Below, piece by piece: positions 8,034-18,222 of a DNA stretch of 64,000 bases. The stretch spans positions 7,294 through 71,293 of the forward strand of contig MENK01000031.1 in the NCBI GenBank assembly GCA_001768235.1. The letters are read 5' to 3'. Within the stretch, counting starts at the first letter, position 1, and every line of letters starts with the position of its first letter. A program made the position numbers and the translations under genes. This stretch comes from Bacteroidetes bacterium GWB2_32_14. GTDB lineage: Bacteria; Bacteroidota; Bacteroidia; Bacteroidales; UBA12077. Under the pieces are notes generated by a model that saw nothing but the letters and a program-made list of their open reading frames with translations, had not been told where the DNA came from and did no database searches.

Positions 8034-8732
8034 ATGAATCCTAAAATAATTATCGCGATAGACGGTTATTCATCATCAGGGAAAAGCACAATCGCTAAAG
8101 CTACGGCAAAACACCTGGGTTATAAATACATAGACAGCGGTTCAATGTATCGGGCGGTTACCTTATATGCCCTTCGAAACAAAATCATTGATAAGGAAAA
8201 TTTGACCGTTAATGAAGAAAAATTAAAAACCCGGATTGATTTGATTCAAATTAATTTTATAATCAATAATAAATTGAACCGTCAGGAAATATGCCTGAAT
8301 GGGGAGAATGTTGAAGATGAAATTCGTGAAATGGAAGTTTCCAATGCAGTAAGTTTTATTAGTAAAATAAAGTTTGTTCGCGAAAAAATGGTCAGGATAC
8401 AACAGGAACTGGGCAAAGAAAAAGGAATCGTAATGGATGGCCGTGATATTGGAACGGTTGTATTTCCAAATGCCGAATTAAAAATTTTCATGAATGCAAA
8501 AGCTGAAGTCAGGGCAGAGAGAAGGTTTAAGGAACTTTCCGAAAAAGGTATTGACGTAAGCTACGCAGATATCCTGAAGAATGTAAAAAGCCGGGATCAT
8601 ATTGACGAAACCCGTGAAGAAAGTCCGCTACGGAAAGCAGCAGATGCTATCGAACTTGACAACAGCAACATGAGCGAGACTGAACAATTAAACTGGATTT
8701 TGGGTTTAATAGAAAAGATGAATAAAAATTAA
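8034..8732 (+). CDS. cmk: Cytidylate kinase
   Basis: IAIDGYSSSGKST, DSGSMYRAV, VMDGRDIGTVVFP and RDHID motifs. Confidence 0.96.
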   Translation: MNPKIIIAIDGYSSSGKSTIAKATAKHLGYKYIDSGSMYRAVTLYALRNKIIDKENLTVNEEKLKTRIDLIQINFIINNKLNRQEICLNGENVEDEIREMEVSNAVSFISKIKFVREKMVRIQQELGKEKGIVMDGRDIGTVVFPNAELKIFMNAKAEVRAERRFKELSEKGIDVSYADILKNVKSRDHIDETREESPLRKAADAIELDNSNMSETEQLNWILGLIEKMNKN

Positions 8733-8746
8733 GCTGTATTTTAAAA

Positions 8747-9616
8747 ATGGAAGTTGAAATCGACAGCAATTCGGGTTTTTGTTTTGGAGTAGTAAATGCT
8801 ATTCAGCTGGCAGAAATGGAGCTTGAGAAAACGGATTTGTTATATTGCCTGGGTGATATTGTTCATAACAATGCAGAAGTTGAGCGTTTAAAAGGAAAAG
8901 GATTAACAACAATAAATCACGAGGAATTTAAAAACCTTAAAAATTGTAAAGTATTATTACGTGCTCATGGTGAGCCACCCGAAACCTATAAAATTGCACT
9001 CGAAAATAATATCCAGTTAATAGATGCTTCATGCCCGGTAGTATTAAAATTGCAAAAAAATATTAAACTGGGGTTTGACGCGATTCTGGAAAAAGGCGGT
9101 CAGGTAGTGATTTATGGAAAAGAAGGACATGCAGAAGTAAACGGGCTCGTGGGACAAACCAACGGCAAGGCAATTGTAATTGGAGGAATTGATGATCTTG
9201 AAAAAATTGATTTTTCAAAACCCATAAACATCTTTTCACAAACCACGAAAAGCATTGAAGGATTTTATGCAATTGAGAAGGAAATCAGGAACCGCATGAT
9301 AGATTCCCAGAGAAAAGACAACGTGCAACTCATATCGAACGACACTATTTGTAGGCAGGTATCACATCGTCAGCCTCAATTGCGCGAATTTGTTAAAAGA
9401 CACGATGTTGTCGTTTTCGTGAGTGGTAAAAAAAGTTCAAACGGCAAAATGCTTTTCCAGGTATGTAAAGATGAAAACCCGAATACTTACTTTGTTTCCG
9501 ACGAGAATGAACTCGAAAAAGCCTGGTTCGAAAAAGCAACATCGGTGGGCATTTGCGGGGCTACATCAACTCCCCGCTGGCTAATGGAGAAAATTGCCGA
9601 ATCTGTTAAGAAATAA
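8747..9616 (+). CDS. ispH: 4-hydroxy-3-methylbut-2-enyl diphosphate reductase
   Basis: GFCFGV, RAHGE, DASCP, HAEV, SQTT, DTICRQV, SSN and GATSTP motifs with three Fe-S Cys. Confidence 0.96.
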   Translation: MEVEIDSNSGFCFGVVNAIQLAEMELEKTDLLYCLGDIVHNNAEVERLKGKGLTTINHEEFKNLKNCKVLLRAHGEPPETYKIALENNIQLIDASCPVVLKLQKNIKLGFDAILEKGGQVVIYGKEGHAEVNGLVGQTNGKAIVIGGIDDLEKIDFSKPINIFSQTTKSIEGFYAIEKEIRNRMIDSQRKDNVQLISNDTICRQVSHRQPQLREFVKRHDVVVFVSGKKSSNGKMLFQVCKDENPNTYFVSDENELEKAWFEKATSVGICGATSTPRWLMEKIAESVKK

Positions 9617-9629
9617 ATCTCCTTTGTCT

Positions 9630-10259
9630 TTAAATCAATTGCTTTACTAAAGCCATTACCGAAGTAATTATATACTCTATACCTATTGCAATAACAATAA
9701 AACCAATAATCCGGGAAACAGAGTTTAAACCCGATGCACCCATCTTTGAAAAGATGTAATGAGAACTTCGTAAAATCAGGTAAGTAACAATTCCAACTGC
9801 CGGGATCGTTAAAAATACTGTGATTGTTTCCCAAAAAGTTGAATAATTTTCGTTAAGGCTTATAAGCAAAGATATTGAGCCAGGCCCTGCCAACATGGGT
9901 ATTGCCAATGGTGTTAACGATGAGTCTTCTTTCATAACAGCTTCTTCGTGAACTTTTTGATCCATCCCTTTGTGTTTCGAGAAATTACCGGTTAATAAAG
10001 CAAACCCCGAGCTTGCTATAATTAATCCGCCTGCTATACGTAACGATTCAATTGAAATACCAAAAAACTGAATAATAAATTTCCCTGCAAAATATGCCAC
10101 GGAAAGAATTAAGAACATATAAACACTTGCTTTTAAAGCTGTTTTATTGCGTTCATCCCGTGAATTAGTTTCAGTTACTCCAATAAATACAGGCATTGTA
10201 CCTAGTGGATTTACTACCGAAAATAGTGCTGCAAATACAGTAAAGAATAAAATAATCAT
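9630..10259 (-). CDS. MarC/YchE family inner-membrane protein
   Basis: VVNPLG, LRIAGG, PLAIPMLAGPGSI and RIIGFIVIAIGIE motifs; six hydrophobic segments. Confidence 0.9.
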   Translation of the reverse strand: MIILFFTVFAALFSVVNPLGTMPVFIGVTETNSRDERNKTALKASVYMFLILSVAYFAGKFIIQFFGISIESLRIAGGLIIASSGFALLTGNFSKHKGMDQKVHEEAVMKEDSSLTPLAIPMLAGPGSISLLISLNENYSTFWETITVFLTIPAVGIVTYLILRSSHYIFSKMGASGLNSVSRIIGFIVIAIGIEYIITSVMALVKQLI

Positions 10260-10278
10260 AAGAATATTTTTTTATTAA

Positions 10279-10286
10279 CAAAGGTA
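10279..10286 (-). promoter_or_regulatory. -7 promoter element (TACCTTTG) of the MarC-family gene
   Basis: CAAAGGTA on the + strand, 20 bp from the start codon. Confidence 0.55.
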
Positions 10287-10386
10287 AGTAAATAAACTAC
10301 TCGGAATATTATCAAAAAATGAACACAATATTAAATATCGTGCCCTTGAAGCCTCCCCAAAATAAGAACCTTTAGAAAACATGAAG

Positions 10387-11148
10387 TTAATTAAATGCTC
10401 CTTTTAAATATTCTTTAGTCAGCTCTTCCTTAGGATTTTCAAAAAAGTCTTTTGCCGGGCCATGTTCAATAACTTCGCCCATGTACATAAAAATTACATA
10501 ATCGGCAATTCGCCTGGCCTGTCTTAAAATATGAGTAACAACTACAATTGTATAGCGTTGTTTTAGTTTAACAAAAAGTTCTTCGATTTGTTTGCTTGAT
10601 AATGGATCTAATGCCGAAGTAGGTTCGTCAGCCAGGATAATTTCAGGATCAACAGCTAATCCGCGTGCGAGGCATAATCTTTGTTGTTGTCCAATAGATA
10701 ATGATGATGCAGAATCTTTTAACCTGTCTTTTACTTCGTCCCACAAACTAACCTGCGTTAAATAATGTTCGACACGTTTTATCAGGTATTTCTTTTTTCT
10801 CCGCCCGCTGATTCTCAATCCGTAAGCTATATTATCATAAATACTCATGGGTAAAGGATAAGGACTCTGCGAAAGAAGTCCCATTTTTTTTCTAAGCAGG
10901 GTTATTTCGGTTTTGGAATGCAAAATATCTTCTTCATTTAAAAAGATACTTCCATCAATTTTCATTTCGGGATAAAGATCTGTTAACCTGTTCAGGCTCT
11001 TCAATAATGTCGTTTTTCCACAGCCTGATGGCCCGAGTATCACTGTCAGTTGCCTTTCGGGAATACTTACATGAATATTCTTTAAAATATGGTTTTTACC
11101 TATATGCAGGTTCAGATTATCAATCTTTATTTTAGATTCATTTCCCAT
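10387..11148 (-). CDS. pstB: Phosphate ABC transporter ATP-binding protein
   Basis: GPSGCGKTT, LSIGQQQRLCLARGLA, DEPTSALDP and VTH..RQARR motifs; last gene of the pst operon. Confidence 0.93.
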   Translation of the reverse strand: MGNESKIKIDNLNLHIGKNHILKNIHVSIPERQLTVILGPSGCGKTTLLKSLNRLTDLYPEMKIDGSIFLNEEDILHSKTEITLLRKKMGLLSQSPYPLPMSIYDNIAYGLRISGRRKKKYLIKRVEHYLTQVSLWDEVKDRLKDSASSLSIGQQQRLCLARGLAVDPEIILADEPTSALDPLSSKQIEELFVKLKQRYTIVVVTHILRQARRIADYVIFMYMGEVIEHGPAKDFFENPKEELTKEYLKGAFN

Positions 11149-11155
11149 AATATTT

Positions 11156-12016
11156 TTATTTAATTCTTTCCTGATAATACTTTCGCGATAAAATCCTCGA
11201 TATTATACTGATAATTAAAATAATAACAGTAAGTACGACCGCTGAAGCATACGCCCTGTTTTGAACTTCAGGTATTGGCGACCCTAATTGGAAGAAAATT
11301 GATAATGGCAATGTAGCTGTTGGTTGTGATAACGATGTCGGGATATAATCGGTATAACCTGTTGTAAACAAGATAGCTGCCGCATCACCAATAGCCCTGC
11401 CAAAAGCGAGCAAAATAGCAGTTATTATTCCCGGAATACATTGCCTGCTCAATACTTTATATGAAGTTTCTGACCGGGTTGATCCTAATGACAGAGCAGC
11501 CTCAATCAAGCCTTTCGGGACAGTTTTAAAAACCTCGTCCATTGAACGTACCATAATTGGAATAATAAACAAGGTAACTGTTATTATCCCTGCAAGCAAA
11601 GATGCACGTAATCCAAAATAAATCATAATTGTAAATCCAAATGCTCCGTAAACAATGGATGGAACTCCCCATAATAAATCGAGCAAAAAACGGACGGTAT
11701 TTACCAATCGTTTTTGTTTTGCCCTGTGAATATTAATATACACTGCCAAAGGCAAACTTATAATAAACGAGAGTATGGTAGCTCCAAAAGATAAATAGAG
11801 AGATCCGATAATTGCATTCAGAATTCCTCCTTCTTTGCCGAAATAATACCCTCCTTTGGGAACCTGAGTTAACATTTGCCAGTTTAAAGAAGGAAGCCCT
11901 TTATATAAAATGCTAACAATGATTAAAAGTAATGCAATGGCAATTATGCTGGTTGCCAGGAACATTAAAACCCTGTAAACGCCTACTTCGGTATTTTTCC
12001 AGAACTTCCTGCCCAT
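11156..12016 (-). CDS. pstA: Phosphate ABC transporter permease PstA
   Basis: GGILNAIIGS, GVPSIVYG, EAALSLGS and GRAIGDAA motifs; operon position. Confidence 0.9.
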   Translation of the reverse strand: MGRKFWKNTEVGVYRVLMFLATSIIAIALLLIIVSILYKGLPSLNWQMLTQVPKGGYYFGKEGGILNAIIGSLYLSFGATILSFIISLPLAVYINIHRAKQKRLVNTVRFLLDLLWGVPSIVYGAFGFTIMIYFGLRASLLAGIITVTLFIIPIMVRSMDEVFKTVPKGLIEAALSLGSTRSETSYKVLSRQCIPGIITAILLAFGRAIGDAAAILFTTGYTDYIPTSLSQPTATLPLSIFFQLGSPIPEVQNRAYASAVVLTVIILIISIISRILSRKYYQERIK

Positions 12017-12018
12017 CG

Positions 12019-12930
12019 TTATATCTTTTTTTCGGAATAAATAATCAAATACCTTGATCCCATATTGAATATTGTGACAACCACGAACAATATGAGAGCG
12101 GAAAACATTAAAGCAGAATCATACATTGGTATTGAAAGCATTTCGCCATAGTTATTGGCAATTAACGCGGGTAATGGATACCCGGGTTGAAAAACTCCGG
12201 TAGGAATTTTAACCACATTCCCTACCACCATTAACACGGCAATTGTTTCACCAAAAGCTCTTGAGATACCCAATCCAAAAGATGAAATGATTCCGGGAAA
12301 CGCTTTTTTTAAAACAACATATTTTATAGTCTCCCATTTTGTAGCACCCAAAGATAAAGAAGCTTCTGAAAGTTCGCGGGGAACAGTTCTGATAACTTCG
12401 ATAAGGATATTTAATACAAAGGGAATAATCATTATTGAAAGGACAATTGCCCCGGTTAGTATTGTATATCCTGAATTTGGATGTCCCATTGAAGCACCCA
12501 TGCGGGAAACAAAAGGAACTACAAGCAGGATTCCCCAAACACCATATATTACTGAAGGAATTCCAGCCAGAATATCAATTACAGGATGCATTAATTTCAG
12601 CACCCATTTTTTAGCATAATGTGTTAAATGAATAGCCGATAACAAGCAAACCGGCCCACATATAAGCATTGATAAAATGGTAACCCATAATGAACTTACA
12701 ATAAATGGCCAGAATCCGAATTCTCCTTTTAGAGGGTGCCAATTACCAGAGAAAAGAAGTTGCAGAAGAGATTGCTCCCTGATTAATACGTTTGATTTAT
12801 AAAGCAACCCAAATCCAAGAATAAATGGCAAAACCAAAATCAATAAAAAACATATAAACATCCATGAGGAATGAAACTGATCTTTAATTTTTCTACCGAT
12901 CCTAAAAATTTTTATAAAAAAATCTCTCAT
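12019..12930 (-). CDS. pstC: Phosphate ABC transporter permease PstC
   Basis: WHP..GEFG, LAGIPSVIYG, EASLSLGATKWE and RAFGETIAV motifs. Confidence 0.92.
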   Translation of the reverse strand: MRDFFIKIFRIGRKIKDQFHSSWMFICFLLILVLPFILGFGLLYKSNVLIREQSLLQLLFSGNWHPLKGEFGFWPFIVSSLWVTILSMLICGPVCLLSAIHLTHYAKKWVLKLMHPVIDILAGIPSVIYGVWGILLVVPFVSRMGASMGHPNSGYTILTGAIVLSIMIIPFVLNILIEVIRTVPRELSEASLSLGATKWETIKYVVLKKAFPGIISSFGLGISRAFGETIAVLMVVGNVVKIPTGVFQPGYPLPALIANNYGEMLSIPMYDSALMFSALILFVVVTIFNMGSRYLIIYSEKKI

Positions 12931-12950
12931 TACCTGATGCTCAATGCAAA

Positions 12951-13946
12951 TTATTGTTTTTCAAGATCGTTAAGCCCGTATTGAAGTTTTTCATCGGAAA
13001 TTTGAACATAGCCGGCTTCATGAACAAATTTCTGCCCTTCGGTTACAATCCATTTTAAAAATTCAATTACAACTATATTTTGGGGTTTTCCTTTTGCAAC
13101 AAAATAGAGATCGCGTGCCGGGGGAGAAGGATATTTGCCATTTTTAACAGCAACCATAATATCATCGAGTTTATTGTAAACCTGTTCATCTACATCAATT
13201 TGTCCATTTTCATTTAAATCGATAGGTATAATCTCGAGTTCCGGGTTTTTATCACGTGTTTTAATATCGTATGCATAAATTACATTATTAAACCCGATAC
13301 CTTTCACATCATTTTTAACAGCTTCGGCAATACCCGGGTCTCCGAATATACCAGTTCCCAAGAGGTCTTCCTGGCTTTTACCTAAATACTCGGCCCACAT
13401 TTGAGCAGCTCCGCAAGCATCGGAACGGGTATAAATGTTCATCGCATAATCGTTCGTTTTTACTCCGGAAGCCCATTTCTCCCATGTTTTAATTTTGCCG
13501 TTTATGAAAATGTCAATAAAATCCTGTTTTTTAAATCCTTGTTTTTTAACATTTTCTATAAATATTGAGTTTGAATTAATTGTCGGCAAAACGGCATCCT
13601 GTGTAACAGCTATCCACCATACGCCTTTCGCTTTTTCTTCATCAGTAATTCCCCTTGAAAACATACCTAAATCAACCATTCCTGATAATGCATCGGTCAT
13701 TCCTTTGCCTGCACCTCCGGCAGATATATCGATTCGAACATCGGGGTGTATCTTTTGAAATTCTTCGGCCCATCTGGCTGTCATAGGATATAAAGCAAAG
13801 GCTCCCGATATACTGATTGTACCTTTAAGAGCTCCTGTTTCGTCAGGATTACTGTATTGTTTATTTTGATTTCCATTGCATGCCGATATTAAAATAAGCA
13901 AGCCTGACATGAAGAAACCAATCAAAGCTTTTTGTATATGTTTCAT
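12951..13946 (-). CDS. pstS: Phosphate-binding lipoprotein PstS
   Basis: Lipobox ISAC, ISGAFALYP, GGAGKG, RSDACGA and PPARDLY; first gene of the pst operon. Confidence 0.88.
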   Translation of the reverse strand: MKHIQKALIGFFMSGLLILISACNGNQNKQYSNPDETGALKGTISISGAFALYPMTARWAEEFQKIHPDVRIDISAGGAGKGMTDALSGMVDLGMFSRGITDEEKAKGVWWIAVTQDAVLPTINSNSIFIENVKKQGFKKQDFIDIFINGKIKTWEKWASGVKTNDYAMNIYTRSDACGAAQMWAEYLGKSQEDLLGTGIFGDPGIAEAVKNDVKGIGFNNVIYAYDIKTRDKNPELEIIPIDLNENGQIDVDEQVYNKLDDIMVAVKNGKYPSPPARDLYFVAKGKPQNIVVIEFLKWIVTEGQKFVHEAGYVQISDEKLQYGLNDLEKQ

Positions 13947-13974
13947 AGCTATATGATAAATTGTTAATAAAGAT

Positions 13975-13982
13975 CAAAAATA
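13975..13982 (-). promoter_or_regulatory. -7 promoter element (TATTTTTG) of pstSCAB
   Basis: CAAAAATA on the + strand, 28 bp from the pstS start. Confidence 0.55.
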
Positions 13983-14110
13983 GGTATAATTCAATATATC
14001 TAAAATGGTTTAAAAGCTTAAAAAAGATATACTTATTTATACTTACTTAGCAGAAATTTTTACGAATCGTTCCTGATTTTATTACTTTCTCGCGGAGAAA
14101 TTTACCTGTT

Positions 14111-15997
14111 TTAATCTGCCGAAGGAACGGTAAACGAAAATATAGAACCTTCACCCGGTTTGCTTTCAGCCCAAATAGAACCTCCCATTCTCGTGACAAA
14201 CTCCTGGCAAAGAGTTAATCCTAACCCGGAACCTCTTTCGTTATTTGTTCCCGTTGTTGTAAAAAATGAATCCTTTCGGAATATTTTTTCTAATATTTCT
14301 TTATTGAATCCTATCCCGGTATCTTCAATATCTACTTTTATAAACCCATTTTTTTTATGAACACCAATATTTACATATCCTCCTACGGGTGTGAATTTTA
14401 TTGCATTCGAAACTAAATTTCGAACAACCAGTGTTATCATGTTTTTATCGGCCAACGCGTTAAACTCATCAATAATTGTTGAATTAATATGTATCTCTTT
14501 TGAGTCGGCAACACCTTTAAATATTAGAAGATTTCGTTCGATAATCAGGTTGACATTTAGTTTCTCGGGAACATAGACTACTTCCCCTCCTTGATTTTGA
14601 GCCCAGAATAAAAGATTTTCCATTAAATCATTTATTGATTGTACTGACTTCATAAAGATGTTAAATGTATTTACCAGGCTTTTATTTTTACTAATTTCTT
14701 CTTCTGATAGTAATATTTCTATTAAGGATATTAAACTCCCCACGGGCCCGCGTAAATCGTGCCCGATTATTAAAAACATTTTATCTTTTGTATGATTCAG
14801 TTTATTTAATTCTTCTTTTTGTTGTTCAAGAATAATATTTTGTCTTTTCCTGTGTCTGTAAGAATAAATAAAGTAGATAAGTATTCCTGAAATCAGAAGA
14901 AGAATAACAGCAAGGGTAAAAGTTAATATCCTGGTTCTGGTAAGAATAAGTTTGTTTATTTGCTTGTCTTTATTAAGCAAGTCTATTTCGGCTTGTTTTT
15001 TTTCTTTTTCGAAACGATATTCCAGGTTGAAAATTTTTTCGGAGAGCTGCTGGTTGAAGAGGGTATCATTATACTTAATAATACAAGTCTTCGATTGTGC
15101 AGCATCTTTGAATCTTCCTGTTTGAAAGTAAACCTGCGAAAGAATATCAAATGCATCGCGAATAACCAGTTTTGCCCCGATGTTTTTCGCAATTTCCAAT
15201 GCATGATTGGCATTTTCTTCGGCTAAAGAGTAATTTCCTGAAATTAAATAAGTAGCAGCAATTTTTACATACAGGTTCGATGTTAAATCTTGATCCGATT
15301 GTTTATCAACTGTTTTTAGAGATTCTTTATATTTATTCAGAGCTGCCGGGAAATTATTCTTGTCGAAATAAACATCTCCCATGTATTTATAACATACGGC
15401 TAAACCTGATATTTGTTTTATTTCTTCGCGTAAGCTCAATGCTTTTTCAAAGTTTATCAGTGCATTGTCATAATCTTTTTTAAGCATTTGTGCTCTGCCT
15501 AAATTTAACAATACATAAGCTTTAATCCTTTTATTATCTGTTTTTTCGGCAATATCAAGTGCTTTGTAAAGATTCTCCATCGCGCTATTATAATACTCCT
15601 GATAAATATGAAGATTTCCAATATTAATATAAGCGTACCCTTCCTGATCTATAACATGATATTTCTTTGCTAATTCTAATCCTTTGTAAAAATAATCGGT
15701 TGATTCGGAATAATTTCCCAATATACGGTAAGCAACACCCACAAAACTGTGAGCTTTAACAAGGCTCTCGAAATCATTATATTTTTGCGCGTACTCAATT
15801 GCCTGCATTCCATACTTAATTGATTTCTCTGGTGCTGAGTTACGTAACTCCCAGCTAATCTCGCTTAATATATTTGCTTTTAATGAATCCGGCAACAATT
15901 CTAATTTTCTTAACAAACTATCTGCTTGCAGCTGATTATTTGCAAAATTTAAAATCGGGAAAAAGATAAAGGATAAAACGAATATTGTTTTTTTCAT
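14111..15997 (-). CDS. TPR-repeat membrane sensor histidine kinase (orphan)
   Basis: Signal peptide, about 7 TPR-like repeats, one TM helix, H-box IIGHDLRGP, N box NLVSNAIKFT, G boxes DTGIG and GSGLGL..C.EFV, GEGSIFSFT. Confidence 0.92.
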   Translation of the reverse strand: MKKTIFVLSFIFFPILNFANNQLQADSLLRKLELLPDSLKANILSEISWELRNSAPEKSIKYGMQAIEYAQKYNDFESLVKAHSFVGVAYRILGNYSESTDYFYKGLELAKKYHVIDQEGYAYINIGNLHIYQEYYNSAMENLYKALDIAEKTDNKRIKAYVLLNLGRAQMLKKDYDNALINFEKALSLREEIKQISGLAVCYKYMGDVYFDKNNFPAALNKYKESLKTVDKQSDQDLTSNLYVKIAATYLISGNYSLAEENANHALEIAKNIGAKLVIRDAFDILSQVYFQTGRFKDAAQSKTCIIKYNDTLFNQQLSEKIFNLEYRFEKEKKQAEIDLLNKDKQINKLILTRTRILTFTLAVILLLISGILIYFIYSYRHRKRQNIILEQQKEELNKLNHTKDKMFLIIGHDLRGPVGSLISLIEILLSEEEISKNKSLVNTFNIFMKSVQSINDLMENLLFWAQNQGGEVVYVPEKLNVNLIIERNLLIFKGVADSKEIHINSTIIDEFNALADKNMITLVVRNLVSNAIKFTPVGGYVNIGVHKKNGFIKVDIEDTGIGFNKEILEKIFRKDSFFTTTGTNNERGSGLGLTLCQEFVTRMGGSIWAESKPGEGSIFSFTVPSAD

Positions 15998-16060
15998 AGA
16001 TTATATTCATGAATATGAATAGATTGTAAAAGTATTAAAAAATGGGTAAATAGGAAATTA

Positions 16061-16429
16061 TTATTTTTTAAAAATAAAATATACCGCCAGCACAAGAAAA
16101 ACAAACCCAATAAAATGGTTTAGCCTGAATGTTTCGTTTTTAAATGCAAGAATTGAAAAAATTGAAAAGACAATAAGAGTAATAACCTCCTGGATTACTT
16201 TAAGTTCAACGAGCGAAAAAGGCCCCCCGTTCTCACGAAATCCTATCCTGTTTGCAGGAACCTGGAAAAAATATTCGAATAACGCGATTCCCCAACTGAG
16301 TAAAATAACAATAACTAATGGTAAAGTGCTGAACCACTTCATTTCTTTAAATTTTAAATGGCCATACCATGCAAGTGTCATAAAAACATTTGAAAATATC
16401 AATAATGCAATTGTATAAACCCCTTTCAT
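16061..16429 (-). CDS. DMT-superfamily small membrane protein (DUF486-like)
   Basis: SNVFMTLAWYGHLK, SWGIALFEY.FQVPANRIG and LKVIQEVITL motifs; four TM helices. Confidence 0.85.
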   Translation of the reverse strand: MKGVYTIALLIFSNVFMTLAWYGHLKFKEMKWFSTLPLVIVILLSWGIALFEYFFQVPANRIGFRENGGPFSLVELKVIQEVITLIVFSIFSILAFKNETFRLNHFIGFVFLVLAVYFIFKK

Positions 16430-16445
16430 TTAAAATTCCTGTTTA

Positions 16446-17087
16446 TTAAACTTCAATTATTCCATTCTTAATAGCGTACATAACAAGGCTCGCGGTATTC
16501 TTCGATCCGGTTTTTTCAATAATATTCGACCGGTGTTTATCGACAGTACGCTTGCTTATAAATAATTTTTCTGATATTTCCTGGTTTGAAAACCCTTTGC
16601 AAATAAAATGCAAAATTTCAATTTCACGTTCTGATAAAATTGTTTCCGTGAATTTTTTCTCTTGAGAATGAATGTTTTTTACAATTGATAATAACAACTC
16701 TCTTGAAAAGCAATTTTCACCCTGAGCAACTGTATCAATCGTATTTAATACTTCATCAATTTCAGAGTTTTTTAACAAGAAACCCTTAACCCCGGCTTCA
16801 ATCATTTTAAGGTAATATTCATTTTCACCGAACATTGTCAAAGCAATTATTTTCATATCCGGGTATTTCTGAATTGCATCCCTTGTAGTTTCAATACCAT
16901 CTTTTACAGGCATTTCAATATCCATAAAAACTATGGAATCTTTGTGTCCATCAACTAAATCAAGAAATTCCTGCCCGTTTGATGCCTCACCAACAACTGT
17001 AACTTTGCCTGAATTGTTAAGTAATAATTTCAGCCCATTACGAAATAGCGAATGATCATCAACTAAAATAACTTTATGTTTTACCAT
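16446..17087 (-). CDS. NarL/LuxR-family response regulator
   Basis: Receiver LVDDH...MDIEMP...GFLLKN plus C-terminal LSERE...FSNQEI..KLFIS.RTVDKHRSNI HTH. Confidence 0.95.
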   Translation of the reverse strand: MVKHKVILVDDHSLFRNGLKLLLNNSGKVTVVGEASNGQEFLDLVDGHKDSIVFMDIEMPVKDGIETTRDAIQKYPDMKIIALTMFGENEYYLKMIEAGVKGFLLKNSEIDEVLNTIDTVAQGENCFSRELLLSIVKNIHSQEKKFTETILSEREIEILHFICKGFSNQEISEKLFISKRTVDKHRSNIIEKTGSKNTASLVMYAIKNGIIEV

Positions 17088-18042
17088 GCCTTTTGGTATA
17101 ATTTATGCAAAAATTAGCTTTAAATCCTTGTTTTAGTTTACTTTCGAATTTAAACGTGCCATTTACAGATTCAACCCTCGAAATCATATTCATTAAACCC
17201 GTGCCTCGATTCCCGCCCTGCATTACTTTGTGTGTATCGAAGCCTTTGCCATTATCTTCGTAATTAAGATCAATCTTGCTGTCATCAGAAAAAAGGTTAA
17301 TATGTATATTTTTAGCATTACTATGTTGCAAGCTATTATTTACCAACTCACAAATTGTACGATACAATACCACTTCAATGTTTGTTGAAAATCGTTGGTT
17401 ATACATGTTTGATTTAAAAGTAATATCAATAACACGGGTTTCGTTAATTTTATCAGTAAAATTTTTTACAGCACTTGCCAATCCAAAATTTGTTAAAACA
17501 TGCGGACTCAGGTTGTTCGAGATTTCCTTGATACTCTTTATAGCTTCATTTATAATATGATCCGTGTTCTTTATTATTTCCAGGTTTGATTCATCTTTTT
17601 CGTATTTCATAAGTGCCGAAACCGACATTTTAACAGTTGACAGAAGAGGGCCTAATCCATCGTGCAAATCTTTTGCAAAACGTTTTCGTTCACGTTCTTC
17701 GGTTTCAATAATAGCATTGAGTACATTTTTCTCTGCAATTTTTCGGGCATGTTCGGCACGACGCATATAATTAAATATCTCGGGAATAATAATAACTCCC
17801 GATGCTATAAAAATGGAAATCAAAACAGAAATCCAGTCATTTAAAACTACAAGTTCCTCCAATCGGGGGCGATTCATATATTGAAATAAATCAATCAGGT
17901 ATCGAAAGGCCATAAAAACAAAACCTGCCGATATCAAAATCCAGGAAATCTTGTACTTGGTAACTTTAGTTAACCTGAGAGCAACAACTACCGCAACAAG
18001 TTGCAAAACAATAGAAATTATTAAAGCTATATATCGAAGCAT
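17074..18042 (-). CDS. HisKA_3 (NarX/DesK-type) membrane histidine kinase
   Basis: Three N-terminal TM helices, EERERKRFAKDLHDGLGPLL H-box, ELVNNSLQHS, EDNGKGF and GTGLMNM. Overlaps the regulator start. Confidence 0.93.
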   Translation of the reverse strand: MLRYIALIISIVLQLVAVVVALRLTKVTKYKISWILISAGFVFMAFRYLIDLFQYMNRPRLEELVVLNDWISVLISIFIASGVIIIPEIFNYMRRAEHARKIAEKNVLNAIIETEERERKRFAKDLHDGLGPLLSTVKMSVSALMKYEKDESNLEIIKNTDHIINEAIKSIKEISNNLSPHVLTNFGLASAVKNFTDKINETRVIDITFKSNMYNQRFSTNIEVVLYRTICELVNNSLQHSNAKNIHINLFSDDSKIDLNYEDNGKGFDTHKVMQGGNRGTGLMNMISRVESVNGTFKFESKLKQGFKANFCINYTKRHGKT

Positions 18043-18060
18043 ATCACGAAATTATACACT

Positions 18061-18068
18061 CAAAGATA
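18061..18068 (-). promoter_or_regulatory. -7 promoter element (TATCTTTG) of the two-component operon
   Basis: CAAAGATA on the + strand, 18 bp from the kinase start. Confidence 0.6.
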
Positions 18069-18222
18069 TTTATTTAATGGCAACTTTCTATTTTAGTTGA
18101 TGATGTTTTTTAAATGGTTTTAATAAAAATAAATTTTAACAAAATTTAACCTGAAACGTTTTAATGAATCATAAATAGAATAACATTTTTTCTATCTTTA
18201 CTTTTTAAAAAATCTAAACTTT

